Shown here: piece after piece, positions 1 through 13,274 of the stretch
Layout of the letters: every line of letters begins with the position of its first letter
Position numbering within the stretch: the stretch's first letter is position 1
Assembly (NCBI GenBank): GCA_022813965.1
Contig: JALDZS010000136.1
Location: 1-64,000, forward strand
Origin: Toensbergia leucococca
Taxonomy: Eukaryota
Direction of reading: 5' to 3'
DNA length: 64,000 bases
Translations under genes and position numbers: made by a program
The notes under the pieces: model-generated
The model's input: the letters and a program-made list of their open reading frames with translations, nothing else
Told to the model about the DNA's origin: nothing
Database searches by the model: none

Positions 1-887
1 CCTGTTCAAAGGTATGAGGTATGACAATATCATCATCCATCACCCTAACTTTGAGGGCTCATAAGGCAAATGCTCCCTTCCTTTTCCGTTCTTTCTTATC
101 CGGATCATTCAATTCGCCATAAACCTTCCTACCTCATCCATGGCGAATGCTCTCGACTACCTTGCTATGAGTACTACAAAACCGACCGGTGTATGCTCTG
201 CATCCCCACTTATTGCCCCCACTTTGCTCGCCATCCGAGTGATCCCATCCACATAAGCACAATTTCACCTCAGTAAATCACATCAGTTTAAATTCAAGAC
301 TCTAGGTGAACCAAGCGTCATTGGTGTCATGTAGCTTCGTTGAAACCCCATTTTTATTTGTGAGCAGTGGACATGCTTGTCTGCGTGCTATCTTATCTGC
401 CATTGTAAGTGTACATATTCTCTCTGTTCGAAAAAGAAAATGAGTACAGGCCGGAGACTCGACAGAAATAACGACCAGCCAGCTAGCCATGAAACACCTG
501 TAAGCCTACCTGCCTAGCCAGCAAGCAAAAAGACCTCTTGGAAAAACCCGAGCAAAGAAGAAAAGTTCGACGATCCATAGTCCCCAGCCACCTAGTCTCG
601 CCAATCTGCCTTGTAAAGTAGAGAGTCCAAGTCCGAGAGCCGGTATGAATTAGTTCTTTTGCGAATACCGATATTGATTGAAGGGGGGAAAATAATAAAA
701 AAACGGGCTTCATGCCACGCTTCCATCTATCTCCTATGTGAGCCACATAAACATTTCCATGCCTCCTGTCGTACATATCATTGACCTCAGTCCAGAAAGC
801 CCGGACAAAGGTAGGGACAAACCTCTACATTAGGACCTCCGTCGTGACCGCCTCGAAACGCCATTGGTGCAACATGTCCATTGATTG

Positions 888-2881
888 CTAATTCACAGTG
901 CCCATCTCGGGCAAAGAGGGATACAGGTTTGTCATTCCCTCAACTTTCGGCAATTCTTCAGCGTCCTCCTCTTCGGTCTCATTATCGTTTTCATAATCTC
1001 TCTCGGCCAACAAACTGTCGATAATTTCCTTCAATTTTTCGAGGATGCGAGCGTTCTCCCCCCACAATTGGTAATTTTTATCACTGGCCGTATCCGATAC
1101 GCTGGTAGAAGGTGATGTGATGCCAGACAGTGCAGGATCGATCATCGAGTCCTCAACGGCCAAGGTGTGACAATCTTGCGTCTTGAAAATGTCTTGTCCT
1201 CCGGATCGAGTACTGAAGAGTGCATTCTTGGCAACCAAGACACGATCTTCAGATGTGTTCAGGTCACCTTTGTGATCGACAGTAAGCATTGGCCGGGCTG
1301 ATTGGAGCTTTCCTCCGTTGCGACGGCGTCTCAAGTCGTTGTCAAACTCAGTGCTAAGCACAGAGATTGGTGCTACATTTGCGGATAAGTATGCGTTGGA
1401 CGTAGACGCGGAGGCTGTCTCAGGCAGATTAGGGTACATGGAGCCATTCCCATTTGGCGACCGACTATTGGAGTGATGTGAGTCCGGAGAGCAGCTTGGA
1501 CTATTGGATACGGCACTCGAAGACGGCGTCAGAACGGGAGTAGCGCTATGATTCGACCGCGATGACGCCCTGCCCATGGAAGGTCCAGAAATTCCGGTTT
1601 GATGCGTTGGTGCCAAACGCTGACCTGGTGGAGAATGACTGTGTCGGAGAGTCAAGCCATTTCCATAAACAGAAACAGACTGAGCAATATCGCCGGCATC
1701 AAAGGTATCCCTAGGGGAGTTCTTATAGGAAGTATCAACCATGACATTGATCTTTTGACTGATACGTCGAAGATCGTCCCTAGATTTTAGATTTGACATT
1801 GAAGTAAAATCATTCCAGGAATTAGGGCCGTAGCTTCCGATTTGATTTTGTTTCATGGAAACCATCTTGGGCACAGAATGATCATTGGGCATACCTCCGT
1901 TAGCAATGACCATCGTACCTCCGTAGTCCAATATTGCCGGTTGAAGGTTCGAGATCGAAGCCAATTGATGGGCTACCTGACCGTAATCGTTGGGATTGAA
2001 AGTTCCGCCCTTGACATCACCGAAGAAATTGTTCATCTGTTCCCGCGCTTGAATATCAAAGGCAGTGCGATTACCCACATGACCACCTTGGTTGTAGCTT
2101 ACAAAAGGATACGAGGAGTTGGATGGCTGTGTAGGTGCGTAGTAACCTGGTCCCCCATTGTGCCCTTGGTGACCATACGACATCTGAACATTTGGCTGAG
2201 AAGGATTCTGGGCGTAAAAGCCTGGCGCTGTGGTGTGTTGCATGTTAGCGATTAGATCTAATCAGATGTTAGAAACAGCAGATTTTTGGATTCAAAATAA
2301 CAAATATGTGCTAAGGAGGGAGAAGCTTGCTCACCTCTATGCTGATTCCCAATGTTATATCCTCCGTTTGGATGGTGCCCGTTACCTCCAGCTGGGTTTG
2401 CAGAACGCACATTCCCCGAATCATCTGCATGTGTTTTGACATGCTTTTTCAAGTCTTGCGGACGTTTGAATTGCTTGCCACAGAATGTACAGCGATGCGG
2501 CTTCAAAGGCACGTGAACTCGAATATGCGACGTTATATGATCGCGCTTTTGCAAGGTGATGTGGCAATTGCCCCACCCACAGGTCAAGTTGAGGTTGTTG
2601 GTGCTCTTGCGGCCAATGTGCTGCTCGCAAATATGATCCTGCGATGACCCATGATTAATATTTGGATTTGGCCAGTGATGATCGACTTGACTTACATAGA
2701 GCTGCTCCGGGGTCTGAAGTCTCTGGTAACAGCTGCCGTCCCAGATGCATAGTCCATTGTCAACAGAGCTGCTGCTCTGCGACGGAGCACCAGCCGCTAC
2801 TGGTTGCTGGGTCTGCTGAGGTTGCTGCTGCTGGGGACTTGCAGTCGCAGGCACTTGGGTGGCTTGTTCTGCAGAAGACAT
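888..2881 (-). CDS. pacC: pH-response C2H2 zinc-finger transcription factor PacC/Rim101 (exons 2881-2696, 2638-2335, 2257-888)
   Basis: Three fingers including [68 protein letters not shown]. Two YPxL motifs (MYPNLP, LYPSLP) flank a signalling-protease-box-like segment ([19 protein letters not shown]). GT-AG introns at 2639-2695 and 2258-2334 restore one frame. Confidence 0.97.
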
Positions 2882-2926
2882 ATTTCACTCACCGGATTCA
2901 AGATTCAAGACGACGGGAACTTCCGG

Positions 2927-3625
2927 TGCCAAGCCAAAGGAGTTTTAGTATCCGTAGTATGGAGATAGCGCAGGATAGCACCACGTCCTGTAGTTGGTAT
3001 TTCTCTGGGGTCGTACCCAGTGTGAATAAAAGTAGCTGAGTGAAGATGTGAAGTTAGAAAATGCGCAAGATTACTCCAGCCGGGGTCACTACGGTTAACG
3101 GCCAACCCCAGCTTGTACACATGGGCGGCTTTCTTCAGCGCGGCTTACCCTGCTGACTTGACTGCCTTTACGCATAGCCCCCTCGGTGATAATGATAGGT
3201 CCTCAAATTTTTGCCCTAACTTTCTCACATGTTCATTCGACCAAAGAGCGGAATGCCAAGAACTGCCAAGGCACGCTAGCAACATTGCTGATAAGAGATC
3301 CGCATCCCTCGCGAGCGAGGCGCTTCGAGGATCACCCCTCCTTCGCAAAGGGGTGTGATGATCGATTCTTGGCTTCCCCGAAACTGGCGGAAGTCTTGGA
3401 CAGCAACTGCCAAGTGCCAAGAGTCTGCCTTCAAACATCTGCAACGCGGCAGTGGCTGTGTCTGGAATCAAGAATCAACGCAGGATTGGTTCTTTAGAAT
3501 ACTGTCACCATCATCTCCCATTTTCATCAATCTTTCGCTGAGATCTCAAGCTACTCTTGTCGACGCAAATACGATTACTGCCGGTGATCTGCCAGTGCGA
3601 GATCGATATTGTTGTCGCTGCCAAG
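2927..3625. promoter_or_regulatory. Cluster of seven PacC consensus sites (GCCARG) upstream of pacC
   Basis: GCCAAG at 2928, 3255, 3265, 3409, 3416 and 3620 (each preceded by T, giving TGCCAAG) and CTTGGC at 3368. Confidence 0.8.
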
Positions 3626-4316
3626 ATAGGACGAAACTTCAAGACGAGATCCATCATTCTTCCGTCCTTTCTCTCGGTTCAAACGCAATTCCTGTGTTTG
3701 TAATTGCAAAGTGTTGACATTGAATTTCTTCTAGCCTCCATACAGTGAAGAAGCCACTCAATCACGGTTCAGTAACATCCTTTACTTGATCTCAGTACTG
3801 ATGCGTGTGAGTCCCATTGCTAGTACTGTAGCATTCGGGTATTGTAATAGTTATTCGAGGGTGACAGATATCATTGGAAAAATAAGGCTAAAACCGGCAA
3901 TGATTTCTGTCACCACCCTGGGGGAGCGCTACGACTAGTGGTTATTCTAACGTGGAAGTGTATCTGCGAGTGCTGCTACAAACTCAACTATATCGTTTCA
4001 TGTAATGACATTTGCTAGAGAGCCGACGTACCACATGACACCGTACTACACATAATATATCCCAGGGCTCTCGGGCTGTTCAGAGTTCAGAGTCTCACTT
4101 CGTCGGAGTGGTCGCTTAAAAGTCATTGGAAGAAAGTTGTAGCCTCTGAGCCTCTCTCCCTCTCTGCCTGTAGACAGAAATCTTCGAGGAACATTACTTT
4201 GACTTTCATACCACTGACTAGCTTTTCTTCAAGGAGTTTAATGGACTCGTGAAATTATTGGCAGGGAGACAAGCAAAGTTCCTACAATAAACAATTGGCT
4301 TGTAATATCGCAGCTA

Positions 4317-5988
4317 ATGATGACGTCCAAAAATGAAATACGAATCTCTCAAAAGACTACAGTGTTGTGTGATGCACCATCTATAAACGCGAGTGATACG
4401 TCCGAGTCATCGTCGGATTCATATGCTTCATACGAACAAACGCTTACGCAAAGGTCTAGGAAGAGGCGGAGATTATCTTCCCAATCCGAAGAGTCAGGAG
4501 TAGAGAGATCTAGCTCACAGCTTACAACAGCGTCTCGAGTCAAGCCTCGGGCTTCAGGCGCCCGGTCTCGAAGTCTGAGCAACATTCAAAAAGCCATTGC
4601 TAGCAACGGAAAAGAAGTGGACCTGAATATAAGCTTTGCTACTCTCAACGTGGCACCATGGCTCATTGCATCTCTCTCCGCAATGGCCATTCTTAGACCA
4701 ACAGCCATTCAGAGAGGTTGCATACCCAAAATCCTCGAGGGAAACGACGTGATAGGTGGAAGCAAGACCGGATCTGGGAAGACTGTTGCATTTGCAGTGC
4801 CTATACTCCAAAAATGGGCCGAAGATTCCATGGGAATCTTTGCCGTCATACTCACACCGACAAGGTAATAATGACCTCGCGGCCTCCCTTGATCACTATC
4901 ATGCCATACTAATTCATCTTTGAAGAGAACTCGCCCTTCAGATTTTCGAACAGATCAAAGCAATCTCTGCCCCGCAATCTCTGAAACCTGTTCTTGTTAC
5001 AGGAGGTACCGAGATGCGCCCCCAAGCCCTCTCCCTCTCACAGCGCCCACATATAGTCATAGCTACCCCAGGCCGCCTAGCAGACCACATCCTCACATCT
5101 GGGATAGACACAATCATAGGACTCCGCCGCACTCGTGTTGTGGTCCTAGACGAAGCAGATCGACTACTCGCGTCTGGACCTGGTAGCATGCTCCCCGATG
5201 TCGAAACATGCCTGTCCGCCCTCCCACCATCACAGGAGCGGCAAACTTGTCTTTTTACCGCAACCCTAACGCCCGAAGTCATGGCGCTGAAGTCAATGTC
5301 GAGGCAAAATGGCAGGCCCCCAATCTACGTCTGCGAGGTCGACAGCTCGTCTACGCTCTCCATCCCACCCACTCTTATACAGTCATACCTACAAGTCCCC
5401 CTTACATACCGCGAAGCCTATCTGCATGTCCTTCTCCTTACCTCCCGCAATCTAGCCAAAAAATCCATCATCATTTTCTGCAATCGCACAGCAACTGCAA
5501 ATCTCCTAGAGCGCCTCCTTAGACTTCTAGAACACCGCGTTACATCATTGCACTCTGTACTAAGCCAACACGACCGCACAGCAAATCTAGCCAAGTTCCG
5601 CGCGTCTGCAGCTCGCATTCTTGTCGCAACGGATGTGGCAAGCAGAGGCCTCGACATCCCAGACGTGGACTTAGTCGTTAATTACGACGTCCCCCGCAAT
5701 CCAGACGACTACATCCATCGCGTAGGGCGTACAGCGCGTGCAGGGCGAAAGGGCGAAGCTATCACCTTGGTTGGGCAGAGAGATGTGGCTTTGTTACTGG
5801 CTATTGAGGAGCGCGTAGGGAAGAAGATGGGTGCGTTTGAGGAAGAGGGCGTCAACATCGAAACAAGAGTGCTGAGAGATGGGCTCAAGGAGGTTGGAGA
5901 GCGGAAGAGGGAGGCAGTGATTGGGATTGAGGAGGGGAGGGATATTATGGGTAATCGGACTAGAGGGAAATTGCAGAGACTAGAGTGA
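4317..5988 (+). CDS. DBP8: DEAD-box RNA helicase Dbp8 (18S rRNA processing), intron 4865-4925
   Basis: Q motif/Walker [22 protein letters not shown] after splicing, [34 protein letters not shown]. The [22 protein letters not shown] segment is Dbp8/DDX49-like. Confidence 0.9.
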
Positions 5989-6329
5989 CGATGCAAGGCC
6001 TCGTAGTTATTTTCTGGCGAGAAATATAGTAGAAATCATACTGATGTCTCTTGAAGATCCGCGGTTTCGGAAAGATTTCGATAATTTTGATAAATTGGTC
6101 CTCTATGATGTGGAGCGAAGTAGTCAGTGAGAAAGATGGTAGCCCAGAAACGACACCGCTTCAGCTTTGACCTGAATCAGGCAAGGTGGTATATCTGACA
6201 ACATCATGTAAGGTAGTAAATTCAATTTGTCGGAGTCGTCGCACGGGTGAGTAGGTAGTACTTGCCTATGTTAGTCAAGGTAAAGCACATGCTTGAATTC
6301 TAGCTTTTGCCAACAAACATTTTCAATAG

Positions 6330-6707
6330 GTAAATAAATATCTGTAGATGTAAATAAATACATGCCTCTCTCTGATCCTCTTGTTTCTATTCTCCATCTC
6401 CTCATTTCCAGTCTTGACTCGCGTCTCAAAGTGTACAAACACGAGTTGAAGCTCAGTATTTAGACGACTGCAGGAATTTAATTCCGTAGAATACTCGAGG
6501 AGACGGCGGCGTACCTTACTTGATCCAACAAGACCTGTCGCAGAAAAGCCTTACTGTTGACCAAAGGGCTCGACCAAAGCACAGTGGACGGCAAACTCTC
6601 TTATCTACATTACGGTATGTCCTTCCCTGACACGCCGACAACAACTCTGACGTAGGCGGGTGTGTGAATGCGACACCGCAAATTGTATACATACCTACCT
6701 GTCAACA
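6330..6707. promoter_or_regulatory. Candidate forkhead-binding sites upstream of the forkhead gene
   Basis: GTAAATAAATA at 6330-6340 and 6350-6360 (RTAAAYA core), plus GTCAACA at 6701 and its reverse complement at 6555. Confidence 0.5.
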
Positions 6708-6817
6708 CAACCCATTCACTCCATTCACTCGTTGACCACCATGATTTACCAATAAATCCCACACCAGTATACTGTCTTATTGATTGACCATCTCTAGCTC
6801 GGCACAGAAAGGCCGTC

Positions 6818-9237
6818 ATGCCACCCTCTTCCAAACGTCGACGACGTAACCTCGAACATGATCCCGGCGCGCAAATACCAGACTCCTCCCCTTCGCGTTC
6901 TGCTGCAAAGAGACGAAGAGTATGCTCAAGTCCAAACCACAGATAAGAGAATCAACACACTAATGCTTTGCTTAAGACCCAAACCCGCCTGACTCCTCCA
7001 CCTCCCCCCCCACCGCAGTACCAAGACGATGAAGTCCCTCCTTCTCCCTCATCTGCGTCTACTAGTACTGCAGAACTACAGGAAGATGCCGACGCAGTCA
7101 TTCCTTTTCTATCCGTCGCCAAAGATCCAGTTGTAGTGGCTACCGATTGGGCAAATACAACCATCGAGACTAGTCATGTCACCAATGTCTCTGCCTATGC
7201 GAAGATTGCAGGCAGACATTGGACATACTACGTCAAGCATTTGAATGTCAATATCGGCCGCCCTCCCGATGCCCACTCAAGACAGGCTACAGAAACTGGA
7301 GCTCAATCAAGTCCGGCCTTGCCGTCGGGTGGCGTTTCGACTGTGCACATCGACCTAGGACCAAGCAAGCTCATATCTAGACTGCACGCAGAGATCTTCT
7401 TCGACGTGGACGCTGCTAATTGGAAAGTTATGGTAAACGGCCGAAACGGGTTGATGGTCAACAATTCGCCCAAGAAACGGGGAGAATCAGCCAATCTCAA
7501 GAGCGGGGACGTGATCGAAATTGCCGCAACTCAGATGATGTTCTTGACGGCAGAAGATAAAGCCGAAATCCATCCCATGTTCCTTGACGTGATCCGTGGG
7601 GCCTCCGATGGCAAAGACTTGGATCGGTGGAATGGTCAGCCTCATGCCCATCCGGAAAATTCGAATCGCCCTAGCATGACTTCTTCTTCCCGGATCGGCG
7701 CTGCACCCAGTTCCAACGTCAACAGCGAAGCAAAGACTGCCTCAGCTCCGGCAAGTTTTGTTCGGCCCAGTACTCCAATTCAATCTCCAGTGAAATCGAA
7801 ACAGAAAGCACGCGGAACTAAGCCATCACCAGCAAAATTGCGAGGGAAGAAGGAATCGCCAGCCAAAGGGCTTTCTTTGACGATGGATAGTACCGAAGAC
7901 ATCAACTACTCTTTGGATGCTCAAAAGCCGAACTGTAGCTATGCTACTCTAATTTCTTATGCCATCTTCTCGACAGAAGACGAGATGCTAACGTTGTCTG
8001 GCATTTATGAATGGATTAAGTTTCATTTTGCGTATTTTCGAGACGCCGAGAACACCGGCTGGCAGGTGAGCTTCTGTATTTCTGATACATATTTGGAAGG
8101 TATGTGAAACTGAAGCGAGGCAGAATTCAATTCGTCATAATCTCTCTTTAAACGCAGGCTTTGAGAAAATACCACGACGAACTGATGAACCAGGAAAAGG
8201 GATGAAATGGCGCATCAAACCCGAGTCACGCCAAGAGATGATTGAGAATGTCATCAAACAGAACAAAAAAACCTCTTATCCGTCCGCCACCAAGTCCCCA
8301 ATAGCCAATGATCCTACTAACAATTCAAACAATCCTTTTGGAAGAACAGGTAAAACCCCGCCCATATCTTTCTCCACCTCCTGAACATCATCTTCGTCCT
8401 CGTAAATCCCGACGGCCTCACCCCCTCAATTGAGTTAAGACGATAGTGGGCTAATCCCTTCAATCTCAAGGCATTGTTCCTCTCAAAACCTCTCCCACAT
8501 CAGAAACCCCACCTTTATCCGCCTATCCTCTGGCAGCTCAAGAATCCTATACCCCTTCTCGTGGGCCCCGTACTTCTGCTTATAGTCCCACTAGCGCGGC
8601 ACAAGCTCTTCCTACTTTTCAAAACCACAAGACGCATTTGCAGCCTGATCTCACTGATGAAGCGCCGTCGTTACCTGTTCGTACTCTCAACAGCTTCTCC
8701 AGTAACGTTGCAAACGCAGATTCTCCCCCAGCATTATCTTCTTCTCTGTATTTCTACGATGGCCCATCGGCATCAACGCCTGCGCCCAAAATCCACAATC
8801 CAACGCTGGCAGCACCCAGCACAGCGCGGTTACCCAGTAGCTACATCATGGAGAGCAGTCCGGCGCCTTTCTGGAAATACGGTAGTCTCCTTGGAAGTAC
8901 GCCTGCGAGAGCAAACGGAGATTTGAGTCCAGTGAAGACCGGTAGACTGCAAAGCAGTAGTCCCCCGCCGGCGATCTCCAACGGCCATGATAGTCCTACC
9001 AGAGGTAGAGGACTCTTGGATGGGCTAGGGAGTAGAGGGAATGTGGAAAATCAGAGTGGAATTAAGAGTGTTATTTTAGATGATGAGGATGAAATGGGAG
9101 GAATCGATCTTGCAAGGTGGGTTACTTCTCTATTTGAACCATTACGTGTATTATTATGTTCACCGACTAAAATCCTCTACAGGGGGTTTCAAACCATTGG
9201 CTCCTATCACAAACAGATGCGCAATGCAGCATCTTAG
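6818..9237 (+). CDS. FHA-domain forkhead transcription factor (Fkh1/Fkh2 type), exons 6818-6919, 6977-8065, 8124-8349, 8471-9116, 9183-9237
   Basis: [18 protein letters not shown]...[16 protein letters not shown]...NGRNG. Forkhead: [14 protein letters not shown]...[11 protein letters not shown]...[13 protein letters not shown]...[13 protein letters not shown]-terminal SSPAPFWKY and IDLARGFQ motifs. Four introns keep the frame. Confidence 0.92.
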
Positions 9238-9899
9238 ATCAACACCTCCCCATTCGGCACTCACCAAACACTTCCGCCCCACGGCAATCCATCATCGGTC
9301 CCACAATTCCCTTGCTTCAAATTCCCAACATCTCACATCGGCTATTTTGCTTCATATGATCGCCCCGGGGCTTCAATCCTTCTCCGAAGATCAACCTCTC
9401 CACCTTCTTCGCCAAAATCGGCATCATTTCATGTCATAGAAAGAGAGTGGGAGCTTTTACGGTTGGTCAATTTTTTCTTTTGGCATGGCAATGGTGTGCT
9501 GGGTGGAAAGTGTCCAATGGGGATCAAATATCTGTTTTGTTCTTTCAGCTTTTTTTTAATTTCGAGGTCTCGGCGTTTGAAGGGGGAAGGAGGGGCGCGG
9601 TAGGATAGATGATGATATTGAGGATAGGGATGAGTATCAAAATGCTATGACCTTTTTTTCCCCATGAATTACCTTTGCACCACTGTGTTGTGCGCACAGG
9701 CCTCCAATGTGGATCCCACCTGTACCTCTATCTAATCATCCCTTTCGTTCGATGCACTCTGTTTAGGAGACGCGCGGCTTTGACATGCCGAACGAGAATA
9801 ATTTCTTCTATGACTACTTCTCTGATGTGAGTGGAGACGGGGACGCTTGATCGAGGAGGAGGCGTGGATACCTAGATTGATCTGAAGAAGATTAGGGCA

Positions 9900-10520
9900 G
9901 ATTCACCCATGGCGAAAACAAAACATCACTTTCCCCCTTTTTCTTTTTTCTTTTTCTTTTTCTTTTCTTTTTCTTTTCTTTTCTGGCATATCTTTTGGGG
10001 GGTGGTTGGGGGGGGGCGGGGGGGCACGACTTGATTCTCCACCCAACTCACAAAATCGTCCAACCTCTCTCTCAGTACCAAAAACCCACAACTCCCATCC
10101 TTCTTCCTTCGCACACATCCCATCCCTTCCCTTCCCTTTACTTCCCTTCAAGGACCTTACTCCCCCCCTTTTCCCGCCTCTTCCCTTGCACACAAACACA
10201 CAAGTGACTCGTTGTCTTGTTTATAGGAAAGTTCTTGAGAGACTCTAAGAATTAGGAATTAAAAAGTCAGGTGTTAGGGAAAAGCAAGGGCGAAGGCTAT
10301 TTGGGGTTTGGAAAATTGGCACGGGGGGGTAAGTTACCCACTCTTGGGGGCTAGGAATGGTAAGAGGAAAGGGAGGAAGTTTTATCGTTACATGCAGAAG
10401 CACAGCAGCAGCAGCAGCAGCTAGACAATGAATGGCAGGCAACATAGATATAGGTCTGTCCAGAAAAACAAAAAGCCACGTACTGGAGCCCGAAAAAAAA
10501 AGAGGCCTACTTCACGGTTT
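9900..10520. repeat. Low-complexity homopolymer/pyrimidine-purine-run island between convergent genes
   Basis: (CTTTT)n and (CTTTTT)n runs at 9938-9982, G-runs at 9996-10024, C-rich then G-rich tracts, (GCA)n at about 10404-10421. Confidence 0.7.
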
Positions 10521-10614
10521 TTTGACATTGTATTTAGCAGTGTCTGGAGATTTTCCGCAGCTAATCTCTCGCTCTATCCTTTAAGCTATCAAGGCCCCCA
10601 TCACGCACACACCC

Positions 10615-13274
10615 TCATTCCAAGCTCACACCTCCATCTTCGGCTTCGGTATCAGTCACCACAAGAATCTGCTCCGAGAGCTGGCGGGCGTCAGTCACAG
10701 CAACTTGTCTCGCTGCCTCTTCCTCTTGGGCCTTGCGCTCCGCGGCTTGCGCGGCAGCTCTTCGCGCTTTGGAATTTGGTGCTGTGGTGGCACTTTCCAA
10801 GGGATTGGAGGGGTTGGGCAGATCCAATAGGGATGTGGGGGACGGGACAGAGGTGTGGTGCTCTTCTTGCTGTGCTGGGTCTTGATGCTCATCTTGCTGC
10901 TGCTGTGGTCGTGGCTCTTGATGTGCTGCCTTTAAGCTACCGTTTGACTTTCCGCGAACTTTTGCTTTCTTGCTCCCGGACTCGGTAGGCTCGTTGCTGA
11001 GCATCTTAAGGGGTGCACCGCCGTCGCTCCCCTCCTCATAAGCTACAGCCCATTCTTCGCCCTCATCCATGACGCGCTGCTGGACGTCTTTGATCGCGTT
11101 CTCGACGCGAGCGGCACGGTCTGCCTCAACGGATTTTCGGTCGAGTTTCTCGGCTAGGGCTTTGAAGGCGATGCCGATCATGGCTTGGAGGGTGTAGGCT
11201 GCGTCATTGCCCTACGATGAGGAAGGAAGTCAGTTTGTTTTGGTACAAGACTTTGCATTGCGCCACGACTTCACTCACAGCATTATGTAAATTCCAGCCT
11301 GTCAAGTCTAGGTCTAGGAGAACGCTCCCTAAACTACTTGACTGTTGTTCATGCTTCAATACGCGGAAGAGCTCCGTGGTGTCGATACTTTCGAGTAGGT
11401 TAGGGAGATTGTTGACTTCGTAGCCCATGTCTCGAAGGCAGCCGATGTCGGTCTTCGTGTCATGACCTACGAGGACGATGTTGCGTTTTTCTGCGTTCTC
11501 TTCGTCGCCTACGAAGGTTGAAGATAAAGGCGCAGAGAGATTTCCAGGATTGGGAGCCAGCTCATTCGCGGCGGGGTTATCAGGGGAAGAGGGCGTGGTG
11601 TCAAGGGCATGTGGTGCTGAAAATGGAGGGCGGAAGCAGGAAGCCACGATCTGAGGCGCTTCTGCAATAGATATGAATTCGCTGGTACCAAAATCTTTTT
11701 CAAAGCGATCTGCACAGCCATGGATGAAGTCTCTATTCACAAGATGCTTGTACTCTTCAATCCGAAAGTGCCGGGCACGGATTTTACTCATCCACTTAAT
11801 TCCACCCTCACCTGGAGGCAGAGTACTCAGGTCTCTGGTATCAAGAGTAGAAATGCCGATTTCAGTTATCAAGCGGTGGTCACGTTCGAAGCTTTCAACG
11901 TCCACACACACGAAAACCACATCTTGGTCAAAGGGGTAAGTCACTGAATGACTGGGATCGAGGTGCGAAAGAGGTGTAGAGCATGCATTAGCCTGAGCTT
12001 CTAGAGCGGCCAGCTGGTCTTTCCATTCTAAATCAGGGTTCTGCACATAATCGTTCTTTTCTATCGCGCTTCGTCTCGGTCTGATACCAAGATAACACTG
12101 CACACGTTTTAATTGACGGCACCAGGACATCTTGAGCTGAATTCGCTCAAATTTCTTTTTCTCCTTTGAGGCTTTACTTTTGTTCTTGCCGGCTTGTATA
12201 GCAGCCTCCATCTTGACTTTGAATGCATGCAAGGAGCGATCATTGGATGCTGGTAAAGGAGCAAACTCTCCATCCTCCCTGAAGTCCCGATTTGGGATAG
12301 TTTGATCCATGGATACCATGTTGTCTCGAGACGTGCAGCAGCCCAAAAAGCGAGGGCGCCAAGGATCTGCTTTGGAGAAGGTGAGCTGAAAGCCAGGCTC
12401 AACTGATCTCTGTGGAAATTCAAGCTGGAGACCAAGTTTATCGTTGATCTCTCGTAGCAGCGCCTTTACTTCAAGCACAGAGACCAAGATCAGTGCTTTG
12501 GTCGATAGGTCGATCGGCGGGTATATGAAGTACCTTGGATCCAGTGAATCAGTAATAATGGTCTGGAAAATTGGGATGAACGATGCGGAAAGCGCAATTG
12601 AGATGAAAGATGTAAGCAATGTTGCAAATCTTTGACTGAGAAAAATATAGCAGCGTTGATTTTCTAAAATACAGAATATAAACGAGGTCGACTGTGCTAA
12701 TAAGAACATGTCAGAAGGTGGAATGTGGCAGACGAAAGTGGAGGAACAGGAATCATCTTGAGCAGATGCTATAAAATCATTGTACATCTGTAGAAAGATA
12801 TCCGACTTACAAGTTCCACGTCCTCGCCCAGAACCGTCCACCAGCAAAGTATTCTTGAGACACCTGCTCGGAGTCGTTCTTTCTCATGTATTTGTAAGGG
12901 AATTTACTGACTGCTGAGACAGGACAGAATGTTTGGTTCGGAGAAGACATATGACCAAAGTTCAGTCCATTCACACTAGGGACAGATGTAGATGAAGATG
13001 TCGGGAGAACAGGTGAAGGATTTGTTTGCGTGTCCTCCTTCATACTTGTGTCTCGATTCTTCCTTGGGCGAGGAAAGCTCTTTTTCTTGGGAGAAGCTTT
13101 TGCTGGATAGGTCCCCCAATCTGGTGTTGAAGGAGGGATCTCTTTTGTAGTATCATCTTTGAGGGTAAGGGTTGGTACATGCAGTACTTTTGTAGATAAC
13201 TCTTGGGACTCGGGAGAGCCAACTGGTTCATCCTCCATCAGTAGTCTCAAACGTTGAATCTTAGTGTCTGCCAT
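10615..13274 (-). CDS. DEDDh 3'-5' exonuclease, QDE-2-interacting protein (QIP)/Gfd2-YDR514C-like; exons 13274-12811, 12533-11279, 11211-10615
   Basis: Catalytic motifs FVCVDVES...ITEIGISTLDTRDL, LVGHDTKTD and LHNA/GNDAAYTLQAM (joined across intron 11212-11278). N-terminal FCPVSAVSKFPYKYM...FWARTWNL/YFIY block. Confidence 0.75.

Noticed and set aside
9903..10248. K/R-rich and G/P-rich ORFs in the low-complexity islands (also 21246-21802, 44837-46056, 54750-55261)
   Set aside because: By-products of homopolymer tracts with no domain or splice support.
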